A DNA stretch of 64,000 nt, taken from NCBI GenBank assembly GCA_038231435.1, contig JBBRLJ010000014.1, positions 32,001 through 96,000 of the forward strand. The letters are read 5' to 3'. The notes beneath the pieces were generated by a model, which was given only the letters and a program-made list of their open reading frames with translations, was not told where the DNA came from and searched no databases. Each line of letters opens with the position of its first letter. The stretch's first letter is position 1. Origin of the DNA: Planctomycetota bacterium (lineage in GTDB: Bacteria > Planctomycetota > UBA11346). Shown here piece after piece: positions 1-9,598 of this stretch. Position numbers and translations under genes: made by a program.

Positions 1-1275
1 GAGCGTGCTCTTGCCGGAACCGGATGCGCCCACCAGGGCGATGCTGGTGCCCTGTGCCACATGCAGATCGAGGTGGTCGATGGTGTCGGTGGTGCCGCCC
101 GGATAGCGGAAGCAGAGGCCGCGCAGGTCGAGCTCGCCCTCGACCGAGGCCACCGCCGGCTTGCCATCGTTGTCCTCGTGGTCGTCGGTCTCGTAGAGCT
201 CGGCCAGCGAATTCATCGCCTCATGCGCGGCGGCGATCGCTGGCATGCCGCCGAAGAGGCTGTCGATGGCATGGCTGATCATGCCGAAGTAGGCCATGAT
301 GATCAGCAGGTCGCCGACCTTCACCCAGCCCTGGGTGCAGAAGTACACCCCCGTCCCCAGCACCGCCATGTTCAGCACCTGGTTCGAGGCGAAAGCCATC
401 GATCCGAACAAGGCGAGGATCTTGTCGAGGCGGTAGCCACGTTCAGCGACCACCGAGGCGGCCGTGCCGATGCGTTCCTCGGTGAACGATTCGACGGCGT
501 GCGCGCGGGTCACGCGCACGCCCGCCAGCGCCTCGAACAGCGAGGCGGCGAATCCGGACTCGGCCTTGCGCATCTGCTCGTTCTGCGCCTTGATCGGGCG
601 CCAGAACCAGCGGTAGAGGAAGAGGTTCAGGGGCACGGCGACCAGCATCAGGGCCAGCATCCGCCAGTCCTTGTGCGCCATGATCGCGACCATCGCCACC
701 AGCGAGACGCTCTGCAAGAGGACGGTCTCGAAGAGGTAGGTCTGCAGGCCCTCGAGCTTGCCCAGATCGGCGATGAACTTGCTCTGCAACTCGCCGACGC
801 GGTTGCGATCGTGGAAGGCGAAGGTCAGGCGATGGACGCGGCGCATGATTGCGCGCCGCAGGCTCGCCGTCATCGAGCGCTTCTGGCGCGCCAGCAGCAG
901 CTGCTGCGGGAGCGTGGCCGCCACGTTGACCAGGCCCATGCCCACCGTCGCCGCCAGGACCAGCGGCAGCTTGGCGAGGGCCTCGTGCGGATCGCGCACC
1001 AGCAGGTTGACCAGGTAGCCGCTGAGCAGCGGCTGCAGGTAGTTCGGCGCGTGGCGGATGTTGATCAGCACCGTGACCAGCGGGATGACCCGCCGTTTCT
1101 GCGGCAGCAGCTTGAAGTACGCCCCGAGCGTCGAGCGCTCGCGGTGCTTCTCGGGCACCAGCGCGGTGAGCTTCTCGCTGCTCATGTCGACGCGCGGCAG
1201 CACCGCCGGCTCGTCATCGGACATACGCGGCGCCGGTCGCTGCACCGGTCGAGGAGTGGAGGTCGCGTCGGGCAT
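1..1275 (-). CDS. ABC exporter, fused permease/ATP-binding protein (MsbA/MdlB-like), truncated at the window edge
   Basis: Not in the ORF track. Manual minus-strand translation from ATG 1275 gives MPDATST..., a multi-TM ABC membrane domain, ...ELDLRGLCFRYPGG... and Walker A GASGSGKSTL at the very start of the window. Confidence 0.9.
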   Translation of the reverse strand, partial: MPDATSTPRPVQRPAPRMSDDEPAVLPRVDMSSEKLTALVPEKHRERSTLGAYFKLLPQKRRVIPLVTVLINIRHAPNYLQPLLSGYLVNLLVRDPHEALAKLPLVLAATVGMGLVNVAATLPQQLLLARQKRSMTASLRRAIMRRVHRLTFAFHDRNRVGELQSKFIADLGKLEGLQTYLFETVLLQSVSLVAMVAIMAHKDWRMLALMLVAVPLNLFLYRWFWRPIKAQNEQMRKAESGFAASLFEALAGVRVTRAHAVESFTEERIGTAASVVAERGYRLDKILALFGSMAFASNQVLNMAVLGTGVYFCTQGWVKVGDLLIIMAYFGMISHAIDSLFGGMPAIAAAHEAMNSLAELYETDDHEDNDGKPAVASVEGELDLRGLCFRYPGGTTDTIDHLDLHVAQGTSIALVGASGSGKSTL

Positions 1276-1511
1276 CGTGCTCAATCAGGCTTGCCAGCTG
1301 GAACAGGGCCGCTGAAGCATGCGCGGCCCGCGCGCCGGAAATCGTCAGCCCCGCAAAGGCTGTACATGGACTTTCGACTCGCGGGGTGCGGGAGGCGACG
1401 ACAAGAGACCGGCCGCAACTTCGAGCTTTACCGCTTCCCTGTTTGCCCTGTCACTCCACGCCCCTATCCAGTCCCACTTTTCCGCCGCCGGGCTGCCTTC
1501 AGCTCCCACAT

Positions 1512-1578
1512 TCTGCTCTCCGCCTTCTGCCTTCTGCCTTCCGCTTTCCGCTTCTCCTAACTTCTAACTTCCGTCTTC
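1512..1578. repeat. Degenerate heptamer tandem repeat (TCTGCCT/TCCGCTT/TAACTTC)
   Basis: Directly visible: tctgctc tccgcct tctgcct tctgcct tccgctt tccgctt ... taacttc taacttc in an intergenic region. Confidence 0.75.
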
Positions 1579-1594
1579 CCTCTATCTCCATCCC

Positions 1595-2074
1595 CTATCC
1601 CTCCCGACCCCTCCCCCCATCAATCAACGCGAAATACACCTCATCGACGTACGTCCCATCCTTGTACCCGACATCCCTGAGCGTCGCCTCGAGCTCCAGT
1701 CCGGCCTTCTCGAGCACCCGCATCGACGCGACGTTGCTCGCGAAGGTCTTGGCGAAGACCCGGTGAAAGCGCCCGGCGTCGAAGGCCAACGCGATCAGTC
1801 CCTTGGCGATGCACGTACCATAGCCGCGCCGCTGCTGGTCGCGGTGGACCCAGAATCCGATCTCGACGGCGTGCGGATGCTTCTGGACAGTCAGCTGACC
1901 TCCTCCGACGAGGACGCCATCGACCACCAACTTGCGCCCGGTGGCTTTCTCGGAATTCAGGTGCTTGATGAAACCGAGGGCGTCCTGCGGATCGGGCCTG
2001 GCGTTCATGCCGATGGAGTGCAACAACTCGCCCAGTTGCCGCGCGTCGCTCTCGTCGATGGGCTGGAGAACCAT
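1595..2074 (-). CDS. GNAT N-acetyltransferase, RimJ/RimL family
   Basis: EIGFWVHRDQQRRGYGT (acetyl-CoA motif) and NVASMRVLEKAG. Start trimmed to ATG 2074 (MVLQPID). Confidence 0.85.
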   Translation of the reverse strand: MVLQPIDESDARQLGELLHSIGMNARPDPQDALGFIKHLNSEKATGRKLVVDGVLVGGGQLTVQKHPHAVEIGFWVHRDQQRRGYGTCIAKGLIALAFDAGRFHRVFAKTFASNVASMRVLEKAGLELEATLRDVGYKDGTYVDEVYFALIDGGRGREG

Positions 2075-2327
2075 GAGCGCGATCACAGCGCATCGATCGG
2101 TGAAGGGAAGCGCGGTCCGCGATACCGGCACATCGGAGACCGCCGAAAACACCAAGCATCGGCACGGCGCGACCGCTAAACCCGGGACGAACGGCTGAAC
2201 TGGCATGGCGCACCGCACAAAGTACCAAGCAGGCCATGTATTGGTGAGTTCCGGGCCTCGTGATAGATTCGCCATGGTTCGGATGTCCGCGGGCCATGTC
2301 CTGCGCATTCCCAAGGGAGCAACCATC

Positions 2328-4118
2328 ATGTCCACTTCTCCAGGCAACATCTCCAGCAACCGCAACCGAGATGCGCAACGCCCGGGCATCATGTCGATTA
2401 TGGCGGTGGCTCTCGGCGCGCTGATGCCGATGACGATGGCGAGCCCATCGAACGCCGCCGACGCGGCTCCTCCTGCCGGAGACGCCGCGTCAACCCATCA
2501 CGCGCCCACCGCTGTCGCCTCCAGTTTCCAGGCCGGCAACGAGCCCGCGAAAGCCGTCGATGGCGACGCCAGCAGCATCTGGCACAGCCAATGGGATCCG
2601 AAGGTGGCGCTGCCGCAGTCGATCACTCTCGACCAGGGCGCGGCCGACACCGTCGCCTGCGTGACCTACCTGCCGCGCCAGGGCGGCGGCAACGGCACGA
2701 TGACCGCCTACGCCATCTCGGTCAGCGTCGATGGCACCACCTTCACCACGGTGGTCGACAACGGGCGGTGGCCGGCCAACGGCAAGCGCAAATTCGCGAA
2801 CTTCCCTCCCGTCAGCGCCCGCTTCGTGCGCCTCGAGGCGCTCGCCGGGGTCGGCGACTTCGCGAGCGCCGCCGAGATCGCCCTGTCGCGCACGCCGATC
2901 GACGCGATGGCCGAGCCGAACATGGTGTCGGTGCTGTCGCCGGCCTACGGCGCCGACATCACGGGCGATACCACCATCGGCATCGTGGCCCCTGGGCTGG
3001 CCACCGCCGTGGTCAGCTGCTGGAAACAGGGCGCGGCTCCCGGCAAGGGAGATGCCAAGGGCACTATCGACGTCGGCGCGGACTCCATCATCGGCACCAT
3101 CACCCTCGACACCCAGGGCAAGGGCTCGATCGTCTTCCCGGCCAACGCGTATCCGCACGGCCCGATCTGCGTGTTCATCACCGCCAGCGGCGCCGGAACC
3201 GGAGGCGCCCACGACACCTGCTGCCTGCAGCTCTACAACCTGGGCGGCGTGTCCTGGAATGAAGGCCTGCCCAAGGATCCGCCGGCGGCGAGCGGCATGA
3301 CCCTGATCTTCGCCGATGATTTCACCACCAAGCCGTCGATCTCGAGCAAGGATCCGAAAGCCACCTATTACGACCACAAACCGCCGGATGGTTCCCAGGA
3401 TTTCAGCAGCCTGCGCTTCACCGGTTTCGACGAGAAGGGCAATCCCTTCGCGCAGAAGGACACCTACCTGCGCATCCGCGCCGACGAGGCCAAGAACAGC
3501 TCAGGGCTGATCTCGTCGATGAAGAACGATGCCAGCGGAGTCACCGCCACCAACCCCTGCTACTTCGAATGTCGCCTGATCGGCGCCAACGCCATCGGCG
3601 CCTGGCCAGCCTTCTGGCTGCTCAGCGACTACATGACCGAACACGTCAAGAGCAACAAGGACGTGCCGTGCGATGAGCTGGACATCATCGAGGCCTACGG
3701 CGGCGAAGGCAAAGCCTCGCCGAACGCCTTCGACAAGTACTGCGTCACCCCGCACGCCTGGAACCAGGGCAAGCCCGGCCAGGAAGCCGAGCAGGCGGCT
3801 CTGCGCCAGTTCAATGGCCCGGTCGTATCGATGAAGAAGATCGGCATCGCCTCGAACTGGTATCAGGCCTTCCACGTCTACGGCTGCAAGATCACCGACA
3901 CCGATACCATCTACTACTGCGATGACATCGAGATCTGCCGTCACAAGACCCTAGACATTTCGAGGAAGGCCCCGTTCTTCTTCCTCATCAACCTGGCCAC
4001 CGGCGGCGGCTGGCCGGTCGACCTGTCGCGCTACAACGGACTTGCCGACATGTACATCGACTACGTCAGGGTCTATAGCGCGAATCCTGGGGATATCGAA
4101 AGGGCGAAGAAGAAGTGA
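2328..4118 (+). CDS. Secreted F5/8 type C (discoidin/CBM32-like) + GH16-like glycoside hydrolase
   Basis: Signal-peptide-like N-terminus, discoidin motifs (AVDGDASSIWHS, ARFVRLEA), then GAWPAFWLL, catalytic ELDIIE and MYIDYVRVY. AGGGAG RBS precedes ATG 2328. Confidence 0.85.
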   Translation: MSTSPGNISSNRNRDAQRPGIMSIMAVALGALMPMTMASPSNAADAAPPAGDAASTHHAPTAVASSFQAGNEPAKAVDGDASSIWHSQWDPKVALPQSITLDQGAADTVACVTYLPRQGGGNGTMTAYAISVSVDGTTFTTVVDNGRWPANGKRKFANFPPVSARFVRLEALAGVGDFASAAEIALSRTPIDAMAEPNMVSVLSPAYGADITGDTTIGIVAPGLATAVVSCWKQGAAPGKGDAKGTIDVGADSIIGTITLDTQGKGSIVFPANAYPHGPICVFITASGAGTGGAHDTCCLQLYNLGGVSWNEGLPKDPPAASGMTLIFADDFTTKPSISSKDPKATYYDHKPPDGSQDFSSLRFTGFDEKGNPFAQKDTYLRIRADEAKNSSGLISSMKNDASGVTATNPCYFECRLIGANAIGAWPAFWLLSDYMTEHVKSNKDVPCDELDIIEAYGGEGKASPNAFDKYCVTPHAWNQGKPGQEAEQAALRQFNGPVVSMKKIGIASNWYQAFHVYGCKITDTDTIYYCDDIEICRHKTLDISRKAPFFFLINLATGGGWPVDLSRYNGLADMYIDYVRVYSANPGDIERAKKK

Positions 4119-4305
4119 GGGCAGGCGGGGAGCGCGGCACCAAATCGAAGAACCAGGGAGCGCCATCGCGACGGCGGCCAAGGACTGTCCTTCCCAATTC
4201 CCACTCCCGTAGGTAGCACCCCTCCAGGGCGTTCCTTGTAGGATGGAAACACTCAACTCTCGTCGGGCCAGAACTTTTCTGTGTTCGAGTGGGCGAAGCT
4301 GGACG

Positions 4306-7300
4306 CTACTTCCCATCCACCAGCTCAGCGAGCCGCCAGCGCAGGTAATCCTGCTCGAAGGCCGACAGCGTCGGCGGCAGGCGCGGGTCGGCAGCGATCG
4401 CCCGGTACGCGGCCAATGCGTCGGCGCGGGAACCTCGGTGATCGGCGCGCAAGGCGCGAGCCCAGGTGAGCCGCAGCTCCAGCGCGCGCTTGCAGGGCTG
4501 AGCCAAGAAGCCGGCCTCGTCGATGGTACCGGCGATGAAGGCGCACAGGTGGTAGATGCGTTGGCCGTAGAGCCAGCGCGTGCGCTCGAGCGGCGATGCC
4601 AACGCCGACGCCAGCCTTGACGTATCGATGGCCGCGCGGGTGCTCGCGCCGACCACGGGATCGCGATGCGCGGCATCGTTCTCCTCCGCGATGGGCAGCA
4701 GGGCAGGAAACACGTACTTGGCGAATCCCAGCTCATCCGCGTCGCACGGCACCTGGGCACGATCGAGGTCGGCGAGCAGGGCATGGGCCTGGTCGCGCTG
4801 GCCGAGTTCGAGCAGACGCACCACCGCCCGATAAAGTACCTCGTAGGCCCGCGGATTCGCCACGATCAGTTCACCGATGCGATCCTGCGCCAGCAGCCCG
4901 CGGGCAACGGCGACGGGGAAATCGAGACCGGCGAGCTCGTCATAGCGCTTCAGTCCGATCAGGGCTTCGGTCATCAGTGGTTTGTCGTTCGGCGCGGCGC
5001 GCATGACCTCCTCGTAACGCCCGAGCATCAGCAGTGCCTGGCAGCGCACCGTGCCGTCGCATGCGGGGTCGTCGGCGACGGCGGCAGCCCCTCCGCGCTC
5101 CATCCGGCATTGCCAATAGAACCAGCCGTATTCGGGCTTGTCGCCGACCAGGCCCATCTGGAACTGGGCCTGGATGCGCTGGTACGGTTCGGTGGTCAGA
5201 CGCAGGACGTCGTCGTACAGGCCCATGTTCAGGCGCGCTTGGTTCGCGGGAGTCGATTCGGCCGGATAGGAGTCGGCCAGATCGCGGAAACGACCGAACT
5301 GGCTGAGGACGCGCCAGGAATTGGATCCATAGATGTTCGACCACCACGAAACCCCATACCGTTCACCCCAAGCCCGCAGCTCGGCGTAGGTCGTGACGAT
5401 GCGGTCGCCCGTATCGGCGCGGAAGACCGGATCGGAGACCGCGCCCACCGGCAATGGCTCGAGCTCGACCATGTGCTCCTGGGCTATCTGGGTCATGACC
5501 ATGCGCAGCAGCGGATGCGAGCGGTACGCGGCGAGCGCGGTGCGCAGGCGCAGGGCCTCGTCGACCTCGCCATGCCTGCGCGCGACCTGGAGACGCTCGT
5601 AGAGGGCATAGGGGATCAGTTCGTGTCCGGGATTGTCCTGTTCGAATCGCGCCAGCAGCGCGAGTCCGCGCGCATCGTCCTCGGCGGTATGCGCGCGTAG
5701 CGCGCATACCGCCTGGCGGAACAACGCTGCGCGCGCGATGGCGGTGCCAGGGTAGGAGCGTTCGAGATCGATGTACTGCGCTTCGGCCTGGACATAGTCG
5801 CCAAGTTGCAGCAGCTTGTCGCCGACGATCAGCGGCGAGACGCGCTGGGGCAGCGGTCGATGGTAGATCGAGACATTGCTGAACACGCGGGGCGCCGGAC
5901 CGGGGCAATCGAAGCCGAAGACATTGGGCGTGTCACCGTAGATCTCGGTCGGATCAAGGTAATCGAACACCGTACGCCCATCCATGATCAGGCGCAATCT
6001 GCCGCCCTCCTTCTCGAGCGAAAAATGGTAGGTGCGCGCCTTCGCCAAGGGCTCGGGGAGATAGCTGTTGTCGAGGACCTCGTAATCCTTCCCGCGGGTG
6101 AGCGCGACATACGAGGGATTGCCCCACGAGCCGACGTGGAAGGTGTAGCCCGACATGCGATCGGCGCCGCCGATGAAGCAATTGAAGTCGGCATTGAGGT
6201 CGGGGCTCGCGAAATCCCACTCGTACTTGATCGCGCCCAAGGGCGACGGCAGGTAGGCGATATCGAGCCAGCCATTGGCGGGTCCGCGCGCTCGCAGCAC
6301 GTGGTCGCGCAGGGCGTCCTGATCGATGTGCGCGGCATCCGAGAACGCGACCGCCTCGCGCTTCGGCTCCCACCAATTCTCTTTCTGCGCCGACCAGTCC
6401 TTGGCCAAGGCACTGACTTCGGCCGGGAAACCCGGCCCATAGATGAGGTGCCAGCTGGCCTGGTCCTTGGCCTTCTCGGCTGCGAACATGCCGAGGATGA
6501 CCGCCAGCAGGGCCACCGCCACCGCACCGGTCCACACCGCGCGGCGATTGCGCCGGTACCATCGAGCGACCGCCGCGCGCACGCCATCGCGGTAGGCGCT
6601 GACGGCTTGGCCGGCCTGGTAGGCGCGCAGGTCGGCGAGCATGTCGTCGGCCCGCTGATAGCGGCGGCCCGGGTCGGCCGCCATGGCCTTGAGGGCGATC
6701 GCGGTCAGTGGCGCCGGGGACATGCCGTCCTCTGCGAGCGTGGGCGCATCGACATCGCCGCGCCGCTTCTTGTTCCAGAACTCGTCCGGATCATCCGACC
6801 AGGTCGGCGGCCGCAGGAAGAGCGCATGGAACAGCGTGGCGCCCAGGCCGTAGATGTCGCTGCGGCGGTCGACGTTCTCGCGCCGCGCCTGTTCGGGGCT
6901 CATGTACAGCGGAGTCCCGTAGAGGCGCTGCGGGCCCGCCGCGTCGAGGCGGATGGCGCTGCCCCAGTCGACCAGCAGGATCTCGCCATAATCGCCGAGC
7001 ACGATGTTCTCGGGCTTGATGTCCTGGTGGACGATGCCGCGGTGATGGGCGTAACCGAGCGCCTGGCAGACGCCGATCGCCATGTTCACCACCGCATTCA
7101 GGTCCGACAGCGGGGGCTCGCGGCGTTCGCGCGTCGACAGTTGCAGCACCGAGGCGAGCGCGTGACCGCCAATGCGCGGCATGGTGAAGTAGGGGCGCCC
7201 GCGATGGTCGACGTCGATGTCGTGGACCGGCAGCACGTTCGGGTGGGTCAGCGACGCCGCGATGCGGGCTTCGTCGATGAAGCGCGCCTTGGCCTCGGAA

Positions 7301-7761
7301 TCGCCGGACGCCACCAGCACCTTCAGCGCCACTTCACGGTCGAGATCGCGATCGACCACCGCGTAGACGCGCCCGCTGGCGCCGACGCCGAGCAGGCTGT
7401 CGAGACCGTACCTCGCCGCGGTGGCCTGTGCGGCCTCCGGGAACTGATCGGCCGACATCGCTTTCCGGGCGAGCAGCGGAGCTTCCGCGTCGGCGCCTGC
7501 CGGCGCATCGGCGCTGGCGGCCACCGTCCAACCTCCGTCACCGTGGGGCCGATCTCCATCCCGCCCGGGGCCGGCCGCAGCTGGGGTCGCGGTCTCGGTG
7601 CGTCCGAACAGCGCACTGCGCGCATCCGCCGTGGCGCGAGCCGCGGCGGAAGCTGGCTGGGGTGGAAGCTCGGACATGCACGCGCAGTCTAACCAGGGCG
7701 CGAGGCGACCCAATGCGACTTCGGGGTCGATGACCAGCTTCCTACGAGCAGCGTCGCTCAT
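4306..7761 (-). CDS. Membrane Ser/Thr protein kinase with C-terminal LamG-like and TPR-like regions
   Basis: GVGASGRV, VALK, HQDIKPEN, DWG, GTPLYMSPEQ; one TM segment (VWTGAVAVALLAVILGMFA); then a beta-rich domain and helical TPR-like repeats. Start uncertain (7761 or 7678). Confidence 0.9.
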   Translation of the reverse strand: MSDAARRKLVIDPEVALGRLAPWLDCACMSELPPQPASAAARATADARSALFGRTETATPAAAGPGRDGDRPHGDGGWTVAASADAPAGADAEAPLLARKAMSADQFPEAAQATAARYGLDSLLGVGASGRVYAVVDRDLDREVALKVLVASGDSEAKARFIDEARIAASLTHPNVLPVHDIDVDHRGRPYFTMPRIGGHALASVLQLSTRERREPPLSDLNAVVNMAIGVCQALGYAHHRGIVHQDIKPENIVLGDYGEILLVDWGSAIRLDAAGPQRLYGTPLYMSPEQARRENVDRRSDIYGLGATLFHALFLRPPTWSDDPDEFWNKKRRGDVDAPTLAEDGMSPAPLTAIALKAMAADPGRRYQRADDMLADLRAYQAGQAVSAYRDGVRAAVARWYRRNRRAVWTGAVAVALLAVILGMFAAEKAKDQASWHLIYGPGFPAEVSALAKDWSAQKENWWEPKREAVAFSDAAHIDQDALRDHVLRARGPANGWLDIAYLPSPLGAIKYEWDFASPDLNADFNCFIGGADRMSGYTFHVGSWGNPSYVALTRGKDYEVLDNSYLPEPLAKARTYHFSLEKEGGRLRLIMDGRTVFDYLDPTEIYGDTPNVFGFDCPGPAPRVFSNVSIYHRPLPQRVSPLIVGDKLLQLGDYVQAEAQYIDLERSYPGTAIARAALFRQAVCALRAHTAEDDARGLALLARFEQDNPGHELIPYALYERLQVARRHGEVDEALRLRTALAAYRSHPLLRMVMTQIAQEHMVELEPLPVGAVSDPVFRADTGDRIVTTYAELRAWGERYGVSWWSNIYGSNSWRVLSQFGRFRDLADSYPAESTPANQARLNMGLYDDVLRLTTEPYQRIQAQFQMGLVGDKPEYGWFYWQCRMERGGAAAVADDPACDGTVRCQALLMLGRYEEVMRAAPNDKPLMTEALIGLKRYDELAGLDFPVAVARGLLAQDRIGELIVANPRAYEVLYRAVVRLLELGQRDQAHALLADLDRAQVPCDADELGFAKYVFPALLPIAEENDAAHRDPVVGASTRAAIDTSRLASALASPLERTRWLYGQRIYHLCAFIAGTIDEAGFLAQPCKRALELRLTWARALRADHRGSRADALAAYRAIAADPRLPPTLSAFEQDYLRWRLAELVDGK

Positions 7762-7812
7762 TCTGACGCGTGTTGGTCGCGCCGTCGCCAGATACCGTGC
7801 ATCCCCGCATGA

Positions 7813-8121
7813 TCAGTCCCCTTCCAACGAGGGATCCTCATCGTCTATCGGGGCCAGGAAATAGAGCCTGCTGTCCGCGTCGAAGCGGTGGATGCTCCAA
7901 CCGATGCGCGAGAGCAGGGACACCAGCTGTGACTTGGGGGCGGGTGGATCGTCAGCGCCCAGGATGCGGTCGGTGTCGTCGAAGTCCTCGTCCTCGGGCT
8001 CGACATGGATGAGGTAGCCCTCGTTCCAGCCGCCTTCCTCGCTCAAGCCCCAATGATGGTCCGGGAAGGCCGCCTTCAATGCCTCGAAGACCTGCTTGCG
8101 CGTGCTCGGCTGGGTGGTCAT
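7813..8121 (-). CDS. Hypothetical acidic protein (102 aa)
   Basis: Fills the gap between MFS and kinase on the same strand, with natural composition and no recognised motif. Confidence 0.65.
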   Translation of the reverse strand: MTTQPSTRKQVFEALKAAFPDHHWGLSEEGGWNEGYLIHVEPEDEDFDDTDRILGADDPPAPKSQLVSLLSRIGWSIHRFDADSRLYFLAPIDDEDPSLEGD

Positions 8122-8191
8122 GGGCGATCCGGGACTGTCCTGATGGCGCCGGGAATTTCAACGGCGAGCGCGCGTACCCAAGAGGGAGCCG

Positions 8192-9418
8192 TCATACCGA
8201 CGGGGCCGGCGCCGATGGTCGCTCGGGATCCGTCGTGCGCACCGCCCGCGACAGCCACACCGCGGCGAGGACGGCCACGCACGACATCAGGCCGACCAGA
8301 TCGTAGTGGCGGATCGGGCCAGCGGCCTCGCTCACGATGATCATCGAGCTGACGGTGGTGGCGATGCCGCTGACCAGAGACTGCGTCGCCGAATTGATGC
8401 TCATGAATGCGCCGCGCTGGTGCGCGGCAACGCTCGCCGTGACCATCGCCGAAGCCGGTATGTAGCGGCCGCTCATCAGGATCATGAAGATGGTCGAGAC
8501 CGTCAGCGCCGCAGCGAGCGGCAGGCGCGGCAGATTGGTGAGAGCGATCAGCGGGATCAGCGACAGCAGTGCCACCCACACGAAAACACGGTGCTTGCCG
8601 TGACGGTCGGCGAGCCGGCCGATCACGCGCGCGGTGACGATGGTGGCGACGCCGCCGCAAATATAGATGTAGGCGAGCTGGCCATCCGCCAGGCCGACAT
8701 TGGTCACCATGTACGTCGCCATGAAGGGGATGATGGTGAATCCGGCGAAGGTCAATGCCATCATCATGGTCAGGGCGGCGGCGTGGCCGCGATCGGCGAG
8801 CAGCGCGCGATAGAAGCCGAACAGGCTCGCTTGCGAAGGCGGATGGACCAGATGCGCGCGCATCCGCGGCAGGCCGAGCATGGCGAGCGCGAGCGCTGGA
8901 ATGCTGGCCAGCGCGACCAGCGCGAACGCCGCATGCCAATCCCAGCGCGTGGCCGCCCACAGGCCGAGCGGCACGCCTATCACCGAAGCCAGCGAGAACG
9001 CGGTCATGATCGCGCCCATGGCCGCGCCGCGACGTTCGTAGGGGATCTGATCGCCGATGATCGCGAACACGAGCGCGCCGAGCACGCCGCCGAAGGCGCC
9101 GGCGAGGATGCGGCCCACCATCAGCAGCGCATAGCTCTGCGCACAGGCGCACGCCACCGTGCCGAGGATGAAGCCGGCATAGAGCAGGATGAGCGCGCGC
9201 TTTCGGTCGAAGCGGTCGAGCAGGCGCGAGGCGACCAGCGCCGAGAGCCCCGCGCTGAGGTTGTAAGCCGATACCAGCGCGCCGAAGCCGTGCGGCCCGA
9301 TGTCGAATGCGCGCATCAGCTGCGGGCCCAGGGGCATCATCACTACGAAATCCGTGATGTTGGTGAACTGCACCGTGGTCAGCAGCGCGACCAATAGGCG
9401 CTCCTGGCGGGTGACCAT
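8192..9418 (-). CDS. MFS transporter (DHA1-like)
   Basis: About 12 hydrophobic segments; motif-A-like loops LLDRFDRKR and GRLADRHGKHR. Confidence 0.9.
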   Translation of the reverse strand: MVTRQERLLVALLTTVQFTNITDFVVMMPLGPQLMRAFDIGPHGFGALVSAYNLSAGLSALVASRLLDRFDRKRALILLYAGFILGTVACACAQSYALLMVGRILAGAFGGVLGALVFAIIGDQIPYERRGAAMGAIMTAFSLASVIGVPLGLWAATRWDWHAAFALVALASIPALALAMLGLPRMRAHLVHPPSQASLFGFYRALLADRGHAAALTMMMALTFAGFTIIPFMATYMVTNVGLADGQLAYIYICGGVATIVTARVIGRLADRHGKHRVFVWVALLSLIPLIALTNLPRLPLAAALTVSTIFMILMSGRYIPASAMVTASVAAHQRGAFMSINSATQSLVSGIATTVSSMIIVSEAAGPIRHYDLVGLMSCVAVLAAVWLSRAVRTTDPERPSAPAPSV

Positions 9419-9598
9419 GGCCCGAGGATATCAGCGAGCTCGGAATCCGTAGCCCGCTACCCGCGCCGGAGCAGGCGGTTTAACCAACGTGATGGGAGCT
9501 TTCCTCGGTGTGATGCAATTACCTCATGCCGTAATATTCGACACGTCCGCCGCAACCTCCTGTCCATCCCCGGCGCACACTGTCGCCTGGAGGCACCA

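Noticed and set aside
61..1560. 499-aa plus-strand ORF
   Set aside because: Antisense shadow of the minus-strand ABC exporter, which has clear motifs.
4666..7692. Long plus-strand ORFs (344 and 628 aa)
   Set aside because: Shadows of the kinase gene; expected in high-GC DNA and without motifs. The same applies to most other overlapping ORFs in the track.
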